Made by a program: the position numbers and the translations under genes
Notes under the pieces: model-generated
What the model saw: only the letters and a program-made list of their open reading frames with translations
Database searches by the model: none
Told to the model about the DNA's origin: nothing
Source: a virus
Length of the DNA stretch: 64,000 nt
Virus record (IMG/VR): IMGVR_UViG_3300031521_000001
Direction: 5' to 3' (one strand)
Part shown: positions 28,515 to 38,110 of the stretch, piece after piece
How the letters are laid out: each line of letters starts with the position of its first letter
How positions within the stretch are numbered: position 1 is the first letter of the stretch

Positions 28515-29410
28515 TTATCTTTTTTCTTTCTATTTGCTAAAATTTCTTCCCTGCTAATTATAAATTTTAATTTTTCATTGGGTGATTCTTTTGTGTATGG
28601 TTTAACATCAACTCTTTTATTTGATATATCAACATATTCTTCATTAATATCAATCCCTATATAATTTCTATTATTCATCTTAGACATTTTACAAACCGTG
28701 CCACTTCCTACCATTGGATCTAATACTACATCTCCTTCATTACTCCATGATAAAATATGATCCTCTGCTAAACTCTCAGGAAAAGCTGCTGGATGTGCAA
28801 ATGCAAATTTATCTTTTGTGGTGAAACCTGCTCCATTATTTATATGCCAAACATTATATCTATATCCTAATTTACTAACAGTGAAACTTTTACTTTTTTT
28901 TAGTTCACCATCTTTAGTTCTAGCACTAGGAGTTCCAAAATTTTTGCTTCCAGCCCAACGATTCTCTTTATCACGAAACAAGTTGACTGTTTTAGGTTTA
29001 CCCTTTGAAAAAATAAACATATATTCGAATACTTGAGAGTATCTACCAGATTCAGGAAATGCAGGTCCATTCTTGTGATATATCATTGTATCATGAATAT
29101 TAAATCCTATTTCTTTAAATTTTAATGCTTGTCTAAAAGAATCACCACTCTCAGAGCCATCAACTATCTGATCACCAATAACCCAAACAACAACTCCTCC
29201 ATCTTTAGTTATTCTATATAATTCCTCTACCATTGGTATAAATGGAAAACTATAACCATCAAACTCATTCTTATCTTTTACAACACCTTTATATGTTCGC
29301 AATGAACCATATGGAGGACTTGTGACTGTAAGGTCAACACTATTATCAGGCATTTTTGACATTATATCAACAGCATCACCACATATTATTTTATTCAAAA
29401 AATCATTCAT
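28511..29410 (-). CDS. DNA methyltransferase (beta class, N4-C/N6-A)
   Basis: TSPPY, HPAAFP, DPMVGSGT. Confidence 0.9.
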   Translation of the reverse strand: MNDFLNKIICGDAVDIMSKMPDNSVDLTVTSPPYGSLRTYKGVVKDKNEFDGYSFPFIPMVEELYRITKDGGVVVWVIGDQIVDGSESGDSFRQALKFKEIGFNIHDTMIYHKNGPAFPESGRYSQVFEYMFIFSKGKPKTVNLFRDKENRWAGSKNFGTPSARTKDGELKKSKSFTVSKLGYRYNVWHINNGAGFTTKDKFAFAHPAAFPESLAEDHILSWSNEGDVVLDPMVGSGTVCKMSKMNNRNYIGIDINEEYVDISNKRVDVKPYTKESPNEKLKFIISREEILANRKKKDK

Positions 29411-29543
29411 ATTTATATTTATATTTATATTTATATTTATCTATCTTTTATATAAATAAAAACTTATTATGTTTAACAAAAAAAAGAGAATACAAGTTAA
29501 TGTATTCTCTTTTTTTTACTAAAAATTATTATATGTAATTAAA

Positions 29544-29975
29544 TCAACTAAATATACATGCAATTAAAATATCAACAAACCCAAATCCTAAACCAATCAA
29601 AAACATTGTACCTGCAAATGAAAAATCACCAACCAAAAATGATAAAAATGAAATAACAATAAATATTAATGCTATGATAAATATTATAACACCTATCATT
29701 GGAATTTTACTTTTACTATTCCAATCAATACCTTCGAGGGTTTTTTCATTTGAAGTTTTTTGATCACCACTAATACCTTCACCAGGATTGAATTTTTTCC
29801 CACATTTTAAGCAAGTTATTTTAGTTTTATTACTACCTATAAATCCTGCTAATAAACCAACACCACCTGTTAATGCTGCACCTGCAGCAGCTTTTCCAAC
29901 TCCAAATCCTTTTTTTTCTGTTGATAATTGTATTGATCCACACTTAGGACATCTAATTTGATCATTATTTTTCAT
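29544..29975 (-). CDS. Zn-ribbon/glycine-zipper membrane protein
   Basis: CPKCGS...GKAAAGAALTGGVGLLAG...CLKCG plus two TM helices. Confidence 0.7.
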   Translation of the reverse strand: MKNNDQIRCPKCGSIQLSTEKKGFGVGKAAAGAALTGGVGLLAGFIGSNKTKITCLKCGKKFNPGEGISGDQKTSNEKTLEGIDWNSKSKIPMIGVIIFIIALIFIVISFLSFLVGDFSFAGTMFLIGLGFGFVDILIACIFS

Positions 29976-30071
29976 ACATAAATAACTTTAACCTATACAA
30001 GTGAGGTTTTTAAATTTTATATAAAAATAATAAAATTATTTCATATATGCAAATATTTTTAATAAAATTAT

Positions 30072-30260
30072 TTAAAATTCTTCTTCAAATTTTTCACCTC
30101 TACTAATCAAATCATCTTTTATAAGTTTTTCAATATACTTTGATTTATTTGTGTAACCATTCTCAGTTAAGTAAGATTCTAATTTTTCATTGAGTAATAT
30201 ATTCACTGAAACAGAAAACTCTTTCTTTTTCTCATCATCTGATAGTTTTTTCCTAGACAT
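30072..30260 (-). CDS. Ribbon-helix-helix-type DNA-binding protein
   Basis: FSVSV...NKSKYIEKLI. Confidence 0.65.
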   Translation of the reverse strand: MSRKKLSDDEKKKEFSVSVNILLNEKLESYLTENGYTNKSKYIEKLIKDDLISRGEKFEEEF

Positions 30261-30383
30261 AAATAATTTTTTATTTTTATATCGTAAAAATCAAAAAAAG
30301 ATTGAAATATTTTTAAAATAATTGTAAAATAATTGTTTTTGACTTTAAAATATTTATATATACTATAAAATAAAGAACATAAC

Positions 30384-30551
30384 ATGAAAAGACAAGTAAC
30401 AAAAAAATCTATGACAGTTGTAATAGATAAGAATATATATGAAGCAATTGAACGTTTATTCTGTAACAAATCTAAATATATAAATTGGCTTATATATCAG
30501 GACTTATTGAAGAATACTAATGATGAAGAAATTAAAAAATTATTATTGTAA
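30384..30551 (+). CDS. Ribbon-helix-helix-type protein (55 aa, not in ORF track)
   Basis: MKRQVTKKSMTVVIDKNIYEAIERLFCNKSKYINWLI. Confidence 0.6.
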   Translation: MKRQVTKKSMTVVIDKNIYEAIERLFCNKSKYINWLIYQDLLKNTNDEEIKKLLL

Positions 30552-30552
30552 A

Positions 30553-31818
30553 ATGAAGAAATTAACTACAGAAGAATTTATACAGAAAGCAAAAAATGTA
30601 CATGAAGATAAATATGATTATTCATTAGTTGAATATATAAATTCATATACTAAGGTGAAAATAATATGTCCTACACACGGCATATTTGAACAAAAACCGA
30701 ATGGTCATTTAGATAAAAAAGGTTGTTCAGAGTGTAGTGGTAATAAGAAATTATCTAAAGATGAATTTATACAAAAATCAAAAAATATACATGGTAATAA
30801 ATATAATTACAGTTTAGTGAATTATTTTAATTCTAAAACAAAAGTTAAAATTATATGCGAAAAACATGGCATTTTCGAACAAAATGCAAATAGTCATATT
30901 ATAGGATATGAATGTTCAAAATGTAGTTATAATGATAGATATGTATTTATTGAAAAATCTAAACAGATACATGGTAATAAATATGACTATTCTTTAGTTA
31001 ATTATACAAATGCATTAAATAAAATAATTATAATATGTCCTGAACACGGTGAATTTACACAATTACCATATAATCATTTAAGTGGTAATGGTTGTAAAGA
31101 ATGTTGCACATTAAATAAAAAATTAAAAATTGATGAATTTATACAAAAATCTATGGTTACACATGGAGATAAGTATGATTATTCTTTAGTTAATTATAAA
31201 GATAGTAAAACAAAAGTTAAAATTATATGCAAAAAACATGGGGTATTTGAACAAAAACCAAATGAACATTTAAATGGTAAAGGATGTGCAAGGTGTTTTA
31301 ATACATTCAAATTAACAACAACTGAATTTATAATTAAATCAAAGGAAATACATGAAAATAAATACAATTACAGTTTGGTGAATTATGTTAATTCCAAAAC
31401 AAAGGTTAAAATTATATGTTCTATACATGGCATTTTCGAACAAATACCTAATTGTCATACAGCACAAAAACAAGGATGCCCGATATGTAAAGAAAGTAAA
31501 GGTGAAAGAATTATTAGACAATTTTTATTGAAAAATAATATAATTTTTATAACACAGAAAACATTTAGTAAATGTTTATCAGATAAAAATAAAAAGTTAA
31601 AATTTGATTTTTATTCAATAGACTATAATATGTGCATAGAATATGATGGTATTCAGCATTTTGAATCTGTTGAATATTGGGGAGGTGAAAAAGATTTCAT
31701 AAAAAGACAAATGTATGATCAAATAAAAAACGAATATTGTTTAAAAAACAATATTCGTTTAATACGAATTAGATATGATGAAAATATAGAAGAAATACTA
31801 AATAGTTATTTTTTATAA
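30553..31818 (+). CDS. Homing endonuclease with DUF723-like Zn repeats and C-terminal PD-(D/E)XK domain
   Basis: Five (HGxKYDYS..KVKIICxxHG.F.Q..H..GC..C) repeats; FDFY..IEYDG.QH. Confidence 0.85.
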   Translation: MKKLTTEEFIQKAKNVHEDKYDYSLVEYINSYTKVKIICPTHGIFEQKPNGHLDKKGCSECSGNKKLSKDEFIQKSKNIHGNKYNYSLVNYFNSKTKVKIICEKHGIFEQNANSHIIGYECSKCSYNDRYVFIEKSKQIHGNKYDYSLVNYTNALNKIIIICPEHGEFTQLPYNHLSGNGCKECCTLNKKLKIDEFIQKSMVTHGDKYDYSLVNYKDSKTKVKIICKKHGVFEQKPNEHLNGKGCARCFNTFKLTTTEFIIKSKEIHENKYNYSLVNYVNSKTKVKIICSIHGIFEQIPNCHTAQKQGCPICKESKGERIIRQFLLKNNIIFITQKTFSKCLSDKNKKLKFDFYSIDYNMCIEYDGIQHFESVEYWGGEKDFIKRQMYDQIKNEYCLKNNIRLIRIRYDENIEEILNSYFL

Positions 31819-32993
31819 TTATTAATATGTATATATTTCATTGTTTCAACCATTGTAGGATCACCAATTGCCTTAATTGCATCATCTGATAACTTAACAC
31901 AAGGAATTCCATTTGCACTAGTAAGTTTAATTACCATGTTCATTGGTTTACTTTTTTCACATTTATTACTTTTTTTTGAAAAATCCGATGTCAGAAAAGT
32001 TCCAATTCCCATTGAACAACGTATTTTACCTTTACAATAGTCAACAATTTTTAAAGATCTATCAATATCTAAACCATTGCTATATACAATAATCTTAGTA
32101 GTTGGATCAATATTTAACTTTTTATAATGAGCAATCATTTTATCAGTATAAGTATATTCTGATCCTGAATCCCAGCGTGTACCATCCCATAATTTTGAGT
32201 CTTCCAAAGAGAAATCTTTTAAGAATGAATCAATACCGAATGTATCTGGAAGCATAGTACCCAAATCTCCACTATAAGTTTGTTGCCATTTTTTCATAAC
32301 AACTTTATTCGGATGATTCAAACTTTCTAATGCTGCTACACCTGAAATAATTTCATGAGCCAAAGTTCCTACGCATCTAACATCATGTTTCATAGATAGA
32401 TACGGATTACTTGTGCCTACAAATACTGAATATTTTTTCAATTCTCTAACAACCATATCTTGAACCGAGAAATCTCTCCTACGGCGAGTTCCAAAATCAG
32501 CTAATGATGCGCCAGCATCACTTAATGTTTTTCCTTTTGAATTAATCAATTCAATTTGTCCATCCATACTCCAATCTTTATCCATCACTTTGAAGTACAC
32601 TTCAGATATAATTGCCATCAATGGAACTTCCCATAATATTGTATCTCTCCAAAAACCACTAATATTAATATTTAGTTCACCATTTTTTTCATGAGTAATA
32701 TAAACTTGTTCAGGATTAAATCTGTAAGCCGCTAAATATTGACGATAAGAAACTGGTAGATATTTAAATTTTTCTTTTAAAAAGTCATATTCTTCATCTG
32801 TTAATTTCAATTTAGACATCATATTGATTTGTTTTTTAATCATTTTGAATGCTTCATCATTAAAAATCATAGATTTATCACGATTGCTAAATGTATATTC
32901 ACATTCTACATCAGGGTAGTGCTGAATTACAAAATTTTGCATACTTAACTTGTAGATGTCAGTATCTAAGATACTTTTGATAATTTGCTTCAT
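31806..32993 (-). CDS. pncB: Nicotinate phosphoribosyltransferase
   Basis: LDTDIYKLSM, DFGTRRR, GTSN, GTLAHE, RWDSG, VKLSD. Confidence 0.92.
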   Translation of the reverse strand: MKQIIKSILDTDIYKLSMQNFVIQHYPDVECEYTFSNRDKSMIFNDEAFKMIKKQINMMSKLKLTDEEYDFLKEKFKYLPVSYRQYLAAYRFNPEQVYITHEKNGELNINISGFWRDTILWEVPLMAIISEVYFKVMDKDWSMDGQIELINSKGKTLSDAGASLADFGTRRRRDFSVQDMVVRELKKYSVFVGTSNPYLSMKHDVRCVGTLAHEIISGVAALESLNHPNKVVMKKWQQTYSGDLGTMLPDTFGIDSFLKDFSLEDSKLWDGTRWDSGSEYTYTDKMIAHYKKLNIDPTTKIIVYSNGLDIDRSLKIVDYCKGKIRCSMGIGTFLTSDFSKKSNKCEKSKPMNMVIKLTSANGIPCVKLSDDAIKAIGDPTMVETMKYIHINNYKK

Positions 32994-33061
32994 TATTTTT
33001 AAATTTTTAAATTATTTACAAAGATAATACTATTATTTCAAAATACAATAAAATATCAGTT

Positions 33062-33685
33062 TTATTTTTTTGAATATGGATTTTTACTTAAATAAGAATT
33101 ATAATATTTCTTATTACTTGTAACTTCTTCTCCTAACCATTCTGGTTTTTCATAAGATTCATTTTCACTTTGAAGTTCAACCTCAGCCATTGTTAATCCT
33201 TCATTATCTCCATGAAATTCATCAACTTCAAATATATGATTTCCAACTTGAATATTATAACGAGTCTTATCAATTTTACCATCTCTACACAATAGAAGTA
33301 ACTCTTTTGCCTCATCAACTAATATTTCTTTTTCAAACTCATAACGAGATACACCAGTTTCATTAAGTTTACCTTTAATAGTTATATAGGCTTTATCACT
33401 TTTGATACGAATTCTAATAGAAGGATTTTCTGATATATATCCTTGAATAATATGATATTCATTAACAGCTAATGATTTATATTCACCTTTAACAAGAAAT
33501 TTTCTTTCAATTTCTTGTGGCATAGGCTTTCTATCCATTTGTTTTAAAATTTTTTGTTGAATATCAATAATACACAATGTTATCTCATATATTCTATTTT
33601 TTATTTCTTCAGTTTGTTCTAGACTTTCAAGATATTTCAATCTACCATCCATACAATCATATATTTCTTTATACATTCCAATCAT
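33062..33685 (-). CDS. CYTH domain protein
   Basis: EIERKFLV, QGY, IRIR, IDKTRY, EVDEF, AEVEL. Confidence 0.9.
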   Translation of the reverse strand: MIGMYKEIYDCMDGRLKYLESLEQTEEIKNRIYEITLCIIDIQQKILKQMDRKPMPQEIERKFLVKGEYKSLAVNEYHIIQGYISENPSIRIRIKSDKAYITIKGKLNETGVSRYEFEKEILVDEAKELLLLCRDGKIDKTRYNIQVGNHIFEVDEFHGDNEGLTMAEVELQSENESYEKPEWLGEEVTSNKKYYNSYLSKNPYSKK

Positions 33686-33977
33686 AGTTTTTATTTTTTA
33701 TTTTATCAAGTTCTTCTAATTTTTCTTTTCTAACTTCTATTAGTGTTTTTTCTGGTTTTTCAACCCAACTATTTGATTCACTTACTTCCCATCTCCACCT
33801 ATACAAATCAAATTTTTTCTGTTTGATTTCCACATATCCGTGCAAATTAAAATCACGACCAATTGGACGCATATACAAATCATAATATTCATTTGGAATA
33901 TTCTTGATAATCTCTGAATTAAATATTTGTTCACAAACAATATGACCACTTGTTGAATTTTTATAATATTTGTTCAT
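33669..33977 (-). CDS. Hypothetical protein
   Basis: RKEKL tag. Confidence 0.55.
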   Translation of the reverse strand: MNKYYKNSTSGHIVCEQIFNSEIIKNIPNEYYDLYMRPIGRDFNLHGYVEIKQKKFDLYRWRWEVSESNSWVEKPEKTLIEVRKEKLEELDKIKNKNYDWNV

Positions 33978-34218
33978 TTATTTTTTCTAATTTTTCTTTT
34001 CTTATTATTAATAAAGCTTTACTATAATATTGTGCTATATGTCCTGTATTTTTTTCATATGAATGTTGCATACAGAATACATATTGTGTTATTGGTTCTT
34101 CAAAACCTAAAGAGTGAAGCCAATTATCATAATCTTTAAGAAAAAGATAATATGCAAGTTCATCTAAATAACTACAATTTCCTAAATTCCAATATCCTAA
34201 AGATTTATCTATGTTCAT
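33961..34218 (-). CDS. Hypothetical protein
   Basis: RKEKL tag. Confidence 0.55.
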   Translation of the reverse strand: MNIDKSLGYWNLGNCSYLDELAYYLFLKDYDNWLHSLGFEEPITQYVFCMQHSYEKNTGHIAQYYSKALLIIRKEKLEKINEQIL

Positions 34219-34537
34219 TTTTATCTATGATACGATTAATTTTCATTTTATCAGCAAGAATCCATGCTCCACCTTGGGATTCAGGTCTATCATAAGTTTT
34301 TATACCTTCAACTTCAACTTCTACCCATACTCTTATTTCGCCACTTAATAGTTTTTCTTTCAAGTGTGGCGCACTTGGAGTGAAACAACAATGCCAACCA
34401 AATCTCTCAGCAAATCCATTTGTAGGTATAAACTCAGCATTCATCCAAACATTCAATGAATATACTTCTTTAGCATTTATAAACAAACTACCAAGAGTAC
34501 CATTCTTTCTTTGTTTCATTAATTTATATGCTATCAT
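34205..34537 (-). CDS. Conserved hypothetical phage protein
   Basis: AYKL...LGSLFIN...GWHC...RPESQGG. Confidence 0.6.
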   Translation of the reverse strand: MIAYKLMKQRKNGTLGSLFINAKEVYSLNVWMNAEFIPTNGFAERFGWHCCFTPSAPHLKEKLLSGEIRVWVEVEVEGIKTYDRPESQGGAWILADKMKINRIIDKNEHR

Positions 34538-34770
34538 TTTAAATTATTTAGTTTTTTAAGTTTTCGTTTTCTATATTCAGATAATGTTTCAAATTCATCT
34601 GACATAAATGGTACACATGTTTCAAATCCAACCAATACATATAAATCATAACCATGATGATGATTTACATATTTTATTGTATAATTTGAATCAAGAATTA
34701 ATTCATCATAAACTATTTTATCAGGAGCATAACCAGTATATATGACTCTATCACCTTTTTTGCATATCAT
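34534..34770 (-). CDS. Small SH3-like protein with RKRKL tag
   Basis: KGDRVIY...LSEYRKRKLKKL; paralog of next ORF. Confidence 0.55.
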   Translation of the reverse strand: MICKKGDRVIYTGYAPDKIVYDELILDSNYTIKYVNHHHGYDLYVLVGFETCVPFMSDEFETLSEYRKRKLKKLNNLK

Positions 34771-34771
34771 A

Positions 34772-35011
34772 CTATAATTTTAAGTTTTTTAGTTTTTTAA
34801 GTTTTAGTTTTCTATATTCAGATAATTTTTTAAATTCATTGAAATTAAATGGTATATCAAATCCAAATAATAAATATCCTGAACTATTACGTATACAGCT
34901 TATATCTTTCACAATATAAATTGAATTTTTAGTCAACAACCAATTCACATGATGATAAAGTTCACCAATATAAACAACTTTATCTCCAGCTTTTGCTAGA
35001 TTTTTTATCAC
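34772..35011 (-). CDS. Small SH3-like protein with RKLKL tag
   Basis: AGDKVVY...LSEYRKLKLKKL. Confidence 0.55.
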   Translation of the reverse strand: MIKNLAKAGDKVVYIGELYHHVNWLLTKNSIYIVKDISCIRNSSGYLLFGFDIPFNFNEFKKLSEYRKLKLKKLKNLKL

Positions 35012-35021
35012 AATCTAAATC

Positions 35022-35699
35022 TTAAATTACTTCAATTTCATCAGCAGAATTAACAACTACAATCCTACTACCAACACTATTGACTTTATATTTTTCAACT
35101 AAAGAATCTACATAGTTTTTAACATCTTCATCAGAGCCAATACCTCGACAGCCACCAAGGTTAAGAATGACATCAAAACCAGCATCAAGCAAATCTTCAA
35201 CTGTTGAACCTACACAGTAGTTTGTAGCTAATCCTGCTACAATAACAGTATCAATATGTTTAGCTATATACCATTCAATAAGTCCTGTTGATATTTTTTT
35301 ATTTAAGTCATGATAACAACTTGAATAAGGATGTAAATCTGGTTCAAATCCTTTTGCAACAAAGAAATCATACTCACACATTTTAGGAAGTCCTGCTATA
35401 AGTTCAGAACCAAATGTACCTGATATACAATGAGATTTCCAAGCAATGTCTACATTTTCTCCTTCTACTGGTGAAAATTGAGGTTGGCTATCATTAGCTA
35501 TCCAAATTGAATTAATAGGATGCATATCTTTAGATACAGTCTTATATTTCACAAGATTATTTTGCTTATTCAATTCATCTACAATTTCATTACCACCTAT
35601 TACAGGCAACTCATCTGGACACAATGGAGTAAATCCATTTTGAGGATCTACATTGTGGCTTGCTGTCAAATTTTTAAATACTGTTATTTTTTTATACAT
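35022..35699 (-). CDS. pncA: Nicotinamidase (isochorismatase family)
   Basis: VDPQNGF, D.HP, HC..GT.G, KG, GLATNYCV. Confidence 0.88.
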   Translation of the reverse strand: MYKKITVFKNLTASHNVDPQNGFTPLCPDELPVIGGNEIVDELNKQNNLVKYKTVSKDMHPINSIWIANDSQPQFSPVEGENVDIAWKSHCISGTFGSELIAGLPKMCEYDFFVAKGFEPDLHPYSSCYHDLNKKISTGLIEWYIAKHIDTVIVAGLATNYCVGSTVEDLLDAGFDVILNLGGCRGIGSDEDVKNYVDSLVEKYKVNSVGSRIVVVNSADEIEVI

Positions 35700-35703
35700 T
35701 GTG

Positions 35704-36042
35704 TTATTTTTTAATTTTTTGTTTATAATATGCTTCTACTTTTTCAAAATGTTCTGGCCATTTGTCAATTAAATTTGTATTAGAAAAATCAATTCTTATT
35801 TTTATAGCTGGTATATTATTTTTTACATAAAATCTTTTTCTTGTGTCTATTGAATTAACAGTATTTGTAAATAAAGAATTAATATCACAACTATAAATAA
35901 ATATAAATTCTTCAAATCTTGAAATATCTTTTTTTATATCATGTAAATTAACAAAACCTAAGTCATGTTTACCAACTTTTATTTGTTCTTTATAATTGGT
36001 TTCAAATATTTTACGATATTCAAGATATTTTTCTAATTTCAT
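35704..36042 (-). CDS. Hypothetical protein
   Basis: 112 aa ORF. Confidence 0.5.
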   Translation of the reverse strand: MKLEKYLEYRKIFETNYKEQIKVGKHDLGFVNLHDIKKDISRFEEFIFIYSCDINSLFTNTVNSIDTRKRFYVKNNIPAIKIRIDFSNTNLIDKWPEHFEKVEAYYKQKIKK

Positions 36043-36231
36043 TTTACCAATGTATTTTTATATGTTCTAAATAATCATTATAATTTTCATCTAATATATC
36101 AATCATGTTTGCATATCCAATATCTTGAATTGCTATTTTAATGCCATCTTTTTCAATTACTTCACCTTTTGTGAGTTTTTTAAAATCTTCTTCGTCTAAT
36201 AATATATTTTTTGCCATAATTTTTTAATATT

Positions 36232-36570
36232 TTAACACCAACCTGATTGTTCATTTATCTTTTTAATTTTTTCATCATCAGTGACTAATGAAACTTCAGA
36301 GCCAATTAGATTTCTCAAATCAAAATCTTTCATATTATCAAATTTTGTTGCATAATAGCCTACTTCACAAGCATCTACAATCAAGTTTTCACCTTTAATA
36401 GAAATGTCTTTTGTTTCAAAGTGATGTGTTTTATTATCAAAAATCACATCAATATACTTACCTATTGTTATATTGACATTTGTTTCAAATGTAATATAGG
36501 TACCTTTTTTTACTTTTCTTCCTGATGATACTATTACAGCATCTATTACTTTACCTAAATAATTTTCCAT
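36232..36570 (-). CDS. Hypothetical protein
   Basis: 112 aa ORF behind TAnnTTTG promoter. Confidence 0.55.
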   Translation of the reverse strand: MENYLGKVIDAVIVSSGRKVKKGTYITFETNVNITIGKYIDVIFDNKTHHFETKDISIKGENLIVDACEVGYYATKFDNMKDFDLRNLIGSEVSLVTDDEKIKKINEQSGWC

Positions 36571-36590
36571 ATTTTATATTTATTTTTGTA

Positions 36591-36669
36591 CAAAGATATA
36601 ACTAATTTTTATAATATCAAAATAAATTGAGATAATATTTTTTTATTTGAATATAATTTATTATATTTG
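36591..36669. promoter_or_regulatory. Divergent pair of Bacteroidota-type -7 elements
   Basis: TATCTTTG (minus, 36591-98) and TATATTTG (plus, 36662-69) at the strand switch. Confidence 0.6.
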
Positions 36670-36689
36670 TAATACAAATTAAAAACAAA

Positions 36690-37004
36690 ATGTCAATAGT
36701 AATTAAAGAAATAAACAATGAACAATGGCTACACTCTATTGGTGATATTCCTATAAATTTTACACCATATACGAATAGTAATAGAGGAACTTTTAGTGTA
36801 TCTATTAGAATTGGTAAAATAAAATATTCTAATTTAATAGTTGATGAAATATATGACTTAGATTACGATAAAGATTTTATGATAATAGAAAGAATAAAAC
36901 AAGTAAAACATGAAGATGGACTTATATATGATGATTTAATATTTATAAATAAATCTCAATATTTAAAATACACAAGAAAACAAAAACTAAAACAAATACA
37001 ATGA
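36690..37004 (+). CDS. Hypothetical protein
   Basis: RKQKL tag. Confidence 0.55.
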   Translation: MSIVIKEINNEQWLHSIGDIPINFTPYTNSNRGTFSVSIRIGKIKYSNLIVDEIYDLDYDKDFMIIERIKQVKHEDGLIYDDLIFINKSQYLKYTRKQKLKQIQ

Positions 37005-37387
37005 AATTAACGGAAGAACAAATAGATAAAATAAACAGTGAATGTACAATATCCGATCAGGGAGTATTCATAGAACCATATGGATGTGATGGCATTAAAG
37101 AATTAGTAATTTATATGCGTTGGTCTGAAGGTGGTGCGCAAGGTGGTAATTGTTGGAATGATGATGAACCTGAAGAATATGATGGAGAAGGTAAACCAAA
37201 ATTCAAAGTTCTTGATATGGTTTTAGAAATATTAACACCAGGTATGACATATTTACAATATAAAGCAGTAGAAGAATTGTTGATATCAACAACTAAACAT
37301 GAATGGGAATATTACGGTAACTATGATAATTATGGTATAGAGTATATTAAATTAAAGGATTTGATAGATTTATTAGAAACTTTTTAA
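37001..37387 (+). CDS. Conserved hypothetical phage protein
   Basis: WSEGGAQGGNCW...EYYGN. Confidence 0.6.
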   Translation: MKLTEEQIDKINSECTISDQGVFIEPYGCDGIKELVIYMRWSEGGAQGGNCWNDDEPEEYDGEGKPKFKVLDMVLEILTPGMTYLQYKAVEELLISTTKHEWEYYGNYDNYGIEYIKLKDLIDLLETF

Positions 37388-37508
37388 ATTTTTTAATAAA
37401 AAGAGAGCCTAAGTGCTCTCTTTTTTTATTTATTTAACCAAATATAATTAGTGTATCTTTATATAATTATCTATCTTTGCATTAAATAATCATTAAAAAA
37501 ATAATTTT

Positions 37509-37931
37509 ATGAAAACAGTTTTTAAAGTAAAATTAATAGACGGCGGTTGGGTATTTTGGAACCAATTTGGTATTATAATTAGTATTAGTACTGATAATGA
37601 AGGAATTCATTTAAATAAATATATTAGTCAATATAAAGTTATTACTGAAACAGTATGTCAATTTACTGGGATAACTGATAAAAATAACATTGATATTTTT
37701 GAAAATGATTTATTATCAGATGGTAATATAATTTATAAAGTTGAATGGAATCAACAAAATACCTGTTGGTGGATTAATCCAATAAAAACAATAAAAAAAT
37801 CTGAAATATCAGAAAAAGATAGTTTCATAACACTAGTACTAAGCAATGAAAAACTAGGAAATGGGTATTATTCAAGAAGAGATATGGAAGTAATAGGAAA
37901 TACAATAGATGACTTAAACTTACTATCATAA
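37509..37931 (+). CDS. YopX family protein
   Basis: QFTGITDKNNIDIFENDL, EVIGN. Confidence 0.85.
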   Translation: MKTVFKVKLIDGGWVFWNQFGIIISISTDNEGIHLNKYISQYKVITETVCQFTGITDKNNIDIFENDLLSDGNIIYKVEWNQQNTCWWINPIKTIKKSEISEKDSFITLVLSNEKLGNGYYSRRDMEVIGNTIDDLNLLS

Positions 37932-38110
37932 ATAATAAGTAATCTATTGATTAATAGACACATACAAAACAATTTATATATAATATATATAGTATATATA
38001 TCATGATCTTGCATGTTTTTATAATTATACATGAAAATCAGGTGTTTAGTCACCTGATTTTTATTTTTTATTTGATTAAACTTTATTATTTGATTTTTAT
38101 ATCATGAATT

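Noticed and set aside
29407-29445. (ATATTT)n repeat upstream of methyltransferase as a phase-variation switch
   Set aside because: Low-complexity AT repeat outside the CDS; no evidence of function
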